Source of the DNA: Phoronis australis
Lineage: Eukaryota; Animalia; Phoronida
Assembly (NCBI GenBank): GCA_002633005.1
Contig: NMRA01000698.1
Location: 106,360-170,359, forward strand
Length of the DNA: 64,000 bases
Reading direction: 5' to 3'
Part shown: piece by piece, positions 54,241 to 64,000 of the stretch
Layout of the letters: each line of letters opens with the position of its first letter
Position numbering within the stretch: the first letter of the stretch is position 1
Notes under the pieces: model-generated
Told to the model about the DNA's origin: nothing
Databases searched by the model: none
Seen by the model: only the letters and a program-made list of their open reading frames with translations
Position numbers and translations under genes: made by a program

Positions 54241-57170
54241 TATGACTTGCTTACGATAGATGGGTGCCATGCATAAAAAGTTGATTGTGTCGAACGCCAA
54301 ATAGCCTACTTTGCAAACACCAAAATCACTTGTAAGGCCAAAAGAGGTAATTGGTCCGGCTCTATGGATGTTTCGAAAATTGATTCGGTGATAGTGTATT
54401 GGATTTTTATTCACTTTTTCCAAATTTCCTGGCGCTCTAAATCACAGTGATGGGCAAATTTATGTCCAGGGCCTGTCGGTAGACCGTTCCAAGAAACTTA
54501 CTTAAGTTCATTTTTGACTTAGGTTTAAGATTTGTCTCAACAGTTTGACTCTTTTATATCAGGCAAGTTAATCAAAATTAAAACAAAACTTAAGTTAGAA
54601 ACTTATGTCAAACTTGTAGTCACTTTTCTCAGTCAGTGGAACGTACGTACTTTTGACTCAAATTTATATTTGTCTTAGTTAAATCAGATTTCTTGGAACG
54701 GGCCCAGATATTACCAACGACAGTCCCACATTGAACGACTTTCGACTGGATGAGGCGCATACCTCCGTCTCGATGTTTTCGACAGGAAATTCTCGGCAAC
54801 TCGTAAGACAGTTCCTTCGGCAGATAATCCAACCTATTTTTTCACCAGGAATCCACCCTAAATAGCAAAACAAACAAAAAATACGGTAGTTTGCAAGTTT
54901 CAGCTAGCGTTCTATTGCTGTAAAATCCTCGGCCATGCCCCAATTTCCTTGTTCAAAGCTGATTGCTTGGGCCAGGGATTAAGATCAGTCAGGGGTTCAA
55001 CGAGGTGCAAGCCGTAGTCAGCACCCAGGCACAGCCAGGTAGCCAAGAAAGGAGATAAAGATAATTCAACAAATTAATTCGTGAGTTTCTCTTTCAATTT
55101 ATTCAGTATTTCTGTAAACCGATTTCATAACCTTCAAAGACCGAAAAAGATCAACTTTTGGTGACAGATCGAGTAAATTTTATGAACTTTAGTACCAAAA
55201 AATAACTTTTGCCCGATAAGTACCCCAACTTCGCTTCAGTCGTCCCCATGGCGTGATTACTCACTGGTGCCGACAGGAGGGGATGACGGGCGGATCCACT
55301 CTTTGCCTTAGATGGACAGAGATGTTTCGTAGCTGAGTTGACTATAGTTACGTCGTTTAAAAACTGAAATGCTCGTTTTGGCGCGCACTGAGAAGTCTTT
55401 ATCAGCAGGGAGAAGCAAGTTTGACTCAGGGTGCTACAAAAGCAAATGAGACGCTTTTGGGGCCAAACCTGAGTTATAAGCAGCTATATTGAGAATTAAC
55501 TATTGATAATGTAACCAAAACGGAAAGCGAATTTTTTGCGTTATTACGTTATTCCAACGACTCGGCAATTGACGTTCATTTGAAACAACACAACATAACT
55601 TAAAACAATTGTTCTGGCGAATCACCCAATAATTACGAATTTGAATACAAAAAGAACAGCGTCACAACGTTTGAGCTTTCCTGTATTTTTGTCAACTGCA
55701 AATGCAGAAATAGGTTGTACATATGTTGGATGAAAGATAATTTGATTTCAATTTGCTGAGTGCGATGAAGAAGGTGAAAAGTGAATGCCATGAACGCGTT
55801 GTTAATGTTAACGAATAACAAAGGGTATCGGATTGAAACCAAGAACCGCGATTTATGCATGAGGATGTCTTTCACTTACGAGACGTTTGTGCGTTAGGCA
55901 AACCTCGATGGTAAAGCCCCTGTGAATTGAAAGCCATTTTTAGCCAGCAGTGATTACATAAGCTAGTAAGCGCTCGAAAATATGCGTGGGAAAAGAAAAA
56001 TACGTGTAGAAAATTGCCCTCACTCGTATCACTCGCACACTCGCCCAACGGACGTTCGGTGGTTTTTTCTTGTTTTATTTTTTTGTCTTCACAATTGCCA
56101 GCAACTGCATCTCCTACTGTACCGGTATATTCAGTGTTATCGGCGACATGTTTTGACAAATCCTCTTAATGATTACAAGTTAAACATTCAAGTTACTCGC
56201 AATAAACCATGGCAGGCCTGAAAATCGATTAGTGGGCGCTTGAGAGAGCGGCCATGGTCACCCATGACCTTAGAAATTGAAGAATAGAGATAAGACTCGA
56301 AGTAAACAAAAATTCCCATTACCGTAAGACGAATTGCCGACGAGAAAATTTATTGGCGCTCTCTAGCCGCCACGCGCATTGGAGCAGCTAAGCACGCCAT
56401 TTGAACTACACGTAAAGTACGTGGCAAAACCTAAGGCTGACCTGCCAGCGAATGCCCTCTAACTCGCTAAAGATGCCTACAACATAAGCGCAAAATCTTC
56501 CCGTTTAATCGCTCTGTTTCACTTCTCGAACGATTCCAAAAATCCCTGTCAAGAACTTATTCTAGTCATTGTAAATTTCACAAGAAAAATATTTTGTGCC
56601 TAATGCTTTTTTGAGGAAAAAGTTTAATTAACAAATACATGCATGTACATGTACAGAAATCAAAAACGTCAAACCCTTTAAAAAACTGTGAAGAAAGAAG
56701 ACCATCTTGCTTGGAATCTCTCAGATGCCAATTTATAATAATAAATATTTTTCCAGGTTCTGGTAATCACAAACCTCCCATAAAATGACTCAGTGAAATT
56801 TGGGCTTATCGTTTTGCAATCTTGGTCAAGAGAATTGAAATTTCGCTAAGCAAAGAATGAAATTTACAATTTTTTGACCTACAAGCTGGATTTCCAAACA
56901 AGGCAAAAGACATATTTAACTGCAGAGGGACATCGCACTGATTTATCATCCATGTAATAAAACAACTCCATAAATCCTGACTAAGTCAGGCCCGTAGCCG
57001 GGGGGGGGGGGTTCGGAGGGTTCTATCGACCCCCCCTGCGGAAAGGTCTAGCCCCAGCCTCTGCACAACAGCAACAAAATTGTTGCAACTACTCGTACTA
57101 CAACTGCTGTCGATGGTGCACAGCCTCGTAGATTTCATACGAGCAACAAACATCATTGAGAATGTTTACA

Positions 57171-57945
57171 TGCCACTATTCCTAGGGTTCAGTACTCCGA
57201 AGGTTACCTTCGAAAGTTCATTACCCTGATTGTCTGCTAATGAGTCGAACTGACATGAATATATTTTTTATATTTGTGTTCATTTAGTAACCACTTTAAG
57301 GGTGAGCAAGAGTTGGATAGTTATTAAAACATCGATTACATTGTTTACAAATGAGCTCAGTTCCAATTACTGCCAACCGTAATTCTTGAATCTAAGTAAC
57401 GTCTTCTTCTCAAGCTGGGACAACATTTAGGACGCGGGTCAGGGGTGCGGCGACCAACGCTGGTTTTATATTTTTAAGACTGAATGAGACTCTCCGACTT
57501 TGTGAAGAATGGCAGGGACAAGGTAGCCTACTAACTACATTTAGTTTCGTTAAGGCCGGTGGGTGAGGTTGAGGCGCAGTGGTCCTAAGCCTTTCAGTCA
57601 CGGTATGAAATGATGCGACATTGACACGGATTTCATAAATGTATCGTGGTTAATAATTCATCAATATTCCTACTTCGTTCTCTTTTATAAATGCAAGTAC
57701 GTACTCATTTTTTCCGTATTCTTAAGGCATATCGGGAATTTCGCATGCACATGAAATCCAAATAATTAAGTTGTTTTATTACCCGGGCGTTGTTTTCGGT
57801 ATAGCTACAACACTGATTGCATCTAATAACCGAAGTGTAGTTTATTTTTGCATGCAAAAGTATAAAAATTACACCTGGGTCCAAAATTTTAGATATTTTC
57901 TGAGTGAGTGAACCTTCGAAGTAGTGAACCTTTGGAATAGCGGAA
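57171..57945. mobile_element. Non-autonomous TIR DNA element (~775 bp)
   Basis: Imperfect ~35-bp inverted termini TGCCACTATTCCTAGGGTTCAGTACTCCGAAGGTT / AACCTTCGAAGTAGTGAACCTTTGGAATAGCGGAA. Confidence 0.55.
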
Positions 57946-57949
57946 TTTG

Positions 57950-58980
57950 ACGACGGAGATTTCGCTCGTGTTTTACGACCGAAATTGTTCGCCCATAATT
58001 ACGCTCATGATCACGACTGATACTTCGCTCGTGTTTCAGATTGAAATCTTTTGTCCTTAATTACGCTCGTGATTACGACCGAGACTTTGCTCGTGTTTTA
58101 CGACCGACGGAAATCGCTTATAGCCAATAAGAAATGGGTTCGCAGGTCACGTGATCTCTAAAGAAGTTTTACGCTCGTATTTTTGCTCGTAATTTTCACA
58201 AGTATAGCCATTATATTTAAGTACGAGTCCTCGAGACCACCACCCATTAAATCTATACGCAGTTGATACGGTTTTTGTTATGCAAGAGGATTGTCATTCA
58301 AATGTCTTGAATAAAGAGTGAGCGATTTACCGACAAAATTTAAAAATTTTACTGCTTAACCCCTAAAACCGTTTTGAACCAATGTTTTTTGCAATGTCAT
58401 ATGTCATCTGCACGCATTGTTAAGAGTAAGAGAATAGTTGCAGGAGGCATGATACGGGTTGTACCAGAGGTGCGCAGGGCGCGCATGTGAACCCATTGCA
58501 CTGATCACAGTTTATGCTTTATTAATATATCATGTAGTTAAACCTGACTCAAGGCTTAGAAGTGTGACCCAGTGGGACTCGAACCCACGACCTCGAGTAA
58601 AGAAAGCTGGCACTTATCACACTAGGCTACACTGCTTCCTCCTATTGTTTAGAGTAAAAGAATGAAACTTCGCCGAAATAAATGAAAAAGCAGGGTTATT
58701 TTAACAAATCATATAAAAACGTCATTTTGGCACATCAATATGTACTAAGACGGAAAACTTTCAAGTGGCTGGGATGGTTAGGACAGCAAGTAAAAACATT
58801 TTTCAGGCGGTCTTTGATATTTTCAACCTTCTGCACTTTTATGCTTTGCACCTGAGAGTTTACCTTCTGAATACTTCATAACATGTGAAAAATAAGAGCG
58901 TGAAATTACGATGGTAAAATTACGAGCGAAAATACCTACGTAAAGCGAAAAATATGAGTGTAAAGTTATGAGCGCACAAC
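57950..58980. mobile_element. Foldback-type element with subterminal (T)TACGCTCGT-like repeats
   Basis: CGCTCGTG/TTACGACC repeats at 57960-58190 and inverted versions (TTACGAGCG, GAGCGTGAA) at 58890-58975. Confidence 0.45.
58566..58633 (-). mobile_element. tRNA-derived SINE head
   Basis: On minus: TAGCCTAGTG A-box-like and GGTTCGAGTCCC B-box; D and anticodon arms not formed. Confidence 0.6.
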
Positions 58981-59883
58981 AGTGTCAATATTTATCAGTC
59001 CTGACACTAATATGCCATTCATTACCATTATTTACCACTCCATACCGCTATTTACAATTATCTGTAGTTGTATACCTGTCATGTCCGTTAGGTGCCGTTC
59101 AGCACTTTAAGTGCCATTATTTATTATTTATTATTCCTTGATGTTAATTACTATTATTTACGTTTTATATATGTTGACCCTTATTTATTATTTCCTGTCG
59201 TTCTTTACCATCCCTTATAGTTTTTTACCATGCTTCAGGTTATGTATCATTCAATACCATTTCTTATCATTGTTGAGTATTCCTCACAGTTATTTACAAC
59301 TCAAGTAAAAACTACTGTTGGTCCAATAAACGACTTTTTCGGTTTTGGAAACGAACTTGCACTTTTTTGTGCTTCATTTAGGCCTTGCAACTACCATAAG
59401 TTCTATCAAAATTTCCAAAATTTGAGCAAAATTGTGTTCCAAGGGTTAACTATTTACACATGGGCTTTGTGTAGAGTTGGTAAGCTATTTTGTAGCGTTA
59501 ATGAGCTTTCAGAGTGCTATTTCTATTTCATTACAGACACTCTTTGCTTTGTTAGCCTCCTCTGACTTAAGCCGTATGATAGGTTTTGGCAATCAAAAAA
59601 TTGTGTCTCTGTTTATTTACAAATTGCCACTCCCTTAGTACTTGTATTCTACTCGTACAAGAGAAGCGCGAAAATGAAATTTTACAACAATCTTCGTTCC
59701 TTTTGAAAGAAGCAAACATCCCAACGAATATTATCGATTTGCAAAATTTCATCTTTTATTCTACTCGTACACTAGAAATGTAAAAATGAAATTCTACAAC
59801 AATATTCGTTCTTTTTGAAAGCAGGCAATGATCTCAGCGAATATTATCGATTTGTGGTGAAATTTCATCTTTTGACGCCATTG

Positions 59884-60282
59884 ACTAAAAGAGCATGAAC
59901 GAGCCTGAAAGTCGCCGTCTTCCGTTGTTAACTTCACATAAAACACATGCTAAATTCAATAGAGATCCTTCAGACGGCTTAGGACATACATTTCATTAAT
60001 AGATGCCTACGTGCCAAATTTAATGAAAATCAGTTGAGGACCTTTGAAGATACAGAAGCAAACGTAAAAAAAATCCATTAGGGTACAAAGCCGTATTCGG
60101 GTCGGTCCAAAACTCACTGCCCTCTGTCGCCAACCCCGTAAAAACACACGTGCCAAATTTCGATAAGATCCTACAAGGGGTTTAGGAGTTACAGCCGCGG
60201 ACGCGGGCGCCGGGCCGCCCGGACGCCGAGGCAGAGATGACGGCAGCATGCATCCACATAAAAATATGTGGGCGCACAAAAA
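59884..60282 (+). mobile_element. Helentron-associated non-autonomous element (HINE/DINE-1-like)
   Basis: Short internal repeats (GCCAAATTT..., AGATCCT...TTAGGA), a GC-rich GGACGC tract, asymmetric subterminal inverted motif GCCGTC (~59914) / GACGGC (~60239) and a 3' hairpin CCACATA-aaaa-TATGTGG before an A-run. Confidence 0.55.
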
Positions 60283-60418
60283 TGACGGGGAAACAGAGTC
60301 TTAAAATAAAATATTTTCAAGTACTAAGTATTTTTGTGTTAGATGTGAACTGGGGCCTCATTTGCAAACAGAAAAAACATGTGGTTTCCTAACAATTTAA
60401 AATGAACATAGGAGACCA

Positions 60419-63400
60419 TGCAATTGTAGTTGGTAACAATGTCACAGTCAGTACTAATAACGGTGTCATAGCGGGCATGATTGTGATTTTATACATTCAT
60501 ACGCAGGACACATCATGGCGAGCCACAGAAATAGAGCTCTCTTGGCAGTGCTGCTATTTGCATACATACTGTCAACCATAAACGGCTACCCATTACTACG
60601 TACCCACGAAAATACGAATTATCCCCGCATGTAGTCGTGGTGACCGAGCCATAAACTAAAGAGCAATGTTATTAATATTTGTATGATAGAGACAATTACA
60701 ACTTTAACAATAAATACACGTTTTTATCAGCTATCGGCACATCGCAACAGCATAACATACCCAATAAAATACAAATTATACCCAAATGTACAACAGTTCT
60801 CGTCCCGAGCCATTGTTTCACCGTGCTACATATGCAGTTGGGCTCAATACCAATGATAACATAACAAACATAATCACAAAATAAACAGCAATATTATTAA
60901 TATTCATATAAACAATTAAAATTTTAACAATAAATACACGTTTCTTAAGTTATCGCACAGCGCAACAGGATTCCCAGACACTTCGGATACAAGGTGGTGC
61001 CAAGGTGAGACGACGAGTGTTCAATGGAAGTTAAAGTGGCTTCGGATTTACGTGTTTTGTGAATGAGACGTTAAGGTTCCGTAGTCCACACAACTAATAT
61101 TAGTTCCCAGTACCGACCCAAGACATTTGCAAGAAAATATTTTATGTGATCACGTGCTTATCTTGTAATACATAACGATATCTCGCAAGACTCTTGCTTC
61201 TACAAAGCCCAGCCCCGCATTGGATGCCAGATTGTTTTGTGCGCAGTGTGACTTTTGGTTACAACTGATTCGCCGTGCAACTGTGGGTAACGCAGTAGTT
61301 GCTCGGGTGATGACTTTCTTTATGTACATAGCATAACTCATTAACCAATTTCGTAACAAGTAAAATGAAGTAGCAAACGTAAATAAGCAGTGAACGAAAA
61401 TCACTGTTCATCATTTCACATACGCCTACCTGGAATAGCCTCGTGTGTGAGTTAACAGAGACACTTTGCAGCCTACCTCCGTATATGAACAGTTGAATAA
61501 AACGTTTCTTAAAGAAGATAATTTCAGAAACAGGTGCACGTGTGCAAATAGGGCCATGCACGGCAAATCTTGTTACATACCCAAAGTTGTCTTAAATTTT
61601 AAAGAAGAGAATGAATAAAGATACAAATGAGCACAGAGAAAAGAGAAAATGTAAAATGTCATGAAAACGTAAGAGATCTATACCCGGGTTATAAAAATTC
61701 CATAACCAATGATAGCAACGTACGATGTTCGTCGAACAATCCATCGTAAGTTCTCTGATCGTGGGAGCAAATTGTAAATTGTTCGGCACAATAAGATACC
61801 AAGTGAACCAAATAACCTTTATAGTGGCAAAAGCACACAGCAGAACTATTGAAAATACAATACGCATCGACGTGGATATGTTTACCAAATGAACCAACAC
61901 AAGCTTGATATGAAAATCGTAGTAAACTATACAATGGGAAAATTTGTGCAATTGTTTCGTGAGCTTGCCCAAGAATGCACATGTTATTTGCAAAAATATT
62001 CTAGTTGCTTAGTACAATTTCAAATCAGACGTTCTGTTTCAACATCAGTGAGAATTATTGTTGGTCTTTGCTTGTTATTCGGCTGAGATACTCGTGTTTG
62101 GTGGTTTCATGGGAAGTCATCTGGAAGCACAGGGGAAGGATGGCCATTCGCAGTTCCCAGTCTTGTTTACTAGCTAAGCCAATGGCTGCAGGAAGACATA
62201 ATTAAACTATATATTAAGCTTCTGCGGCTTGACTACGTTAGAAATCATGCGTATAAAGCAAGGAAGGGTCTGTTTGGAGACTTGTTTTGACAATTACATG
62301 AAAAAGATGGAATTACAGATTAACATCATCCAGTGGCATATGATTTACTTAGAGCTTGTGCTTTGTAGTCAAAATAGACTCTGGATGCTGAAAGCAAACT
62401 TTCTATTTGAATGTAGGGGTCACTGGGACTTGAACCCAGAACCTCATGTCATAGACATGCCTGCTACCTTGCATCATGACCCCGGGTGATTGTTCTATAG
62501 TTAGTTTGCATTTCAACAGCTTTTTTGGTAGAGAGCCAATGTGCTCAAACAGGAATATCAAAATTTGGATTTAAAATTGCTGCGTCCTGGTTGTTTACCG
62601 TTTAAGTTTGATGATAGAAAAAAATAATAGGTGGTCTTCGACCACGTCTATTATATAGACTGGTTATGGTTTTCATTGATTATTGTTAGAGTAGGGAATT
62701 ATGCCCATTTTGATGATATTTCTTATTTTTCCAAAGAAATCAGAGTTCAGCAACTTTAAGTAACTTAACAATCACCCACCTCCTTTTATTCGAACCACGT
62801 ACAGTGAAAAGGTCACTATAAAAATCTGTCACAAAGAAGGTGTGAACGATTTTAAAGAAATTTTGTATTCGAACGTGTTTTCTAAAGCAGTCAAAGGGAT
62901 AATTTACTTTTTTGAACGCGTTCTAGGCATAAATATCGTCAAAGCTAAGTCTATATTTTTCAACTCAGTGAAATGAGAGTTAAACAGGCCCAAGACAAAA
63001 ATGTCATTAGGTTCTTTTGATGTCGAATATATAGGCTCAAAATACCTAAACATAGTAAGTACAAAACATCAGATCAATCTCAAAAGCATACAATTTCCAT
63101 CAATAGTAAAGTACGTGGTTATTATTACAAAAGCAACGTGTTTCTGAGGTGACAAAACACGTGCACAAGAAAAAAGGTATACTCTCCTGAAATCTTGCTT
63201 GGGAATGAGACGTCATGTGTACAAAGGCGCCCTCAAATCTGCAGCGAGAATTAAGAGGGCAAAAGACACCAATTACACTGTTCCATGCAAGACATGAACT
63301 TCATAAAAACCGCGTTCCTGCATTTTTGATATTTTAACATTCACCGTGCGGAAAAGGTTTTCCTTACACCTTGGAAACTGACAATTTAAGTTATTGAATA

Positions 63401-64000
63401 CTTGACCTGTTTCATGTCCCGAAGGCCGACGTCTGTCGTCTTCTTAGTCTAAAAGAGGAATATGTCAATTAATATACACGCCACACAGTATACATGATAA
63501 CGAGTCAACCAATTACACGATGCACATTCTACATGATCACAAGTCAATTAATAAACGTTATAGCACTGACGTTTTAAGCAGTTAAATACTTGACCATTTT
63601 GATGTCCTGACGGCAGCCGTCTGTCGCCTTCTGAATCTTAAAGAGAACTATGTCAATTACTAAACAAGCCACACAGTATAAATGATAACAAGTTAATTAA
63701 TATACACGCCACACAATGGGCACGATAAAAACAATTAATAAACAAATCCTATATTATACATGACAATACTGAAAATTTAAGCCTTTGAACACTGTCTGAC
63801 CTGTCTGAAGTGAGTCCCAAATATTGAAATGTCTAGGATGGCACTCATTAAACATGACAATAAGCCAATTAATACACACGACTCACAATATATTGTAACA
63901 AACCAAATATTTTACAAGGCACAAAATATACATGTTAAAAATTCAATTAAAAAGGATGGCAAGGTATGGAGAGCCATTCACTTGCTTTTAATCAAGTAGA
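60419..64000 (+). repeat. Long repeat block B, copy 2 (runs off window end)
   Basis: Direct repeat of 2328-5676, including the SINE head, the first GC islands (63397, 63585) and the start of the 40-bp satellite. Confidence 0.95.

Noticed and set aside
58566-58633. Possible tRNA genes (also ~31285-31360 and ~4092-4170)
   Set aside because: Only Pol III boxes are kept and no cloverleaf forms, so they are called SINE heads.

Overview
AT-rich, intron-containing animal (invertebrate-like) genomic DNA; most entries in the ORF track are spurious or exon fragments. Three spliced genes could be assembled by hand with canonical GT-AG junctions and consistent phases. (1) A standalone type II thioesterase (OLAH/GrsT-like; minus strand, 7 exons, 14011-22756) with an in-frame upstream extension resembling a mitochondrial presequence. 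(2) Head-to-head with it, an SLC22A15-like transporter (plus strand, 7 coding exons, 26113-33088). (3) Convergent with that, a GH18 di-N-acetylchitobiase CTBS (minus strand, 8 exons, 53727-37688) with an unusual C-terminal extension. The gene block is bracketed by copies of a composite repeat of at least 10 kb (block A at 1-2269 and 10111-12159; block B at 2328-5676 and 60419-64000). It contains a degenerate 40-bp satellite punctuated by GC-rich palindromic islands and decayed coding relics (Ulp1-like and zinc-finger-like). Smaller items: a TSD-flanked Penelope-like hairpin insertion with a hammerhead-ribozyme fold, TACATGTA footprints, tRNA-derived SINE heads, MITE/HINE-like elements, minisatellites, and a probable assembly duplication at the N at 15506.
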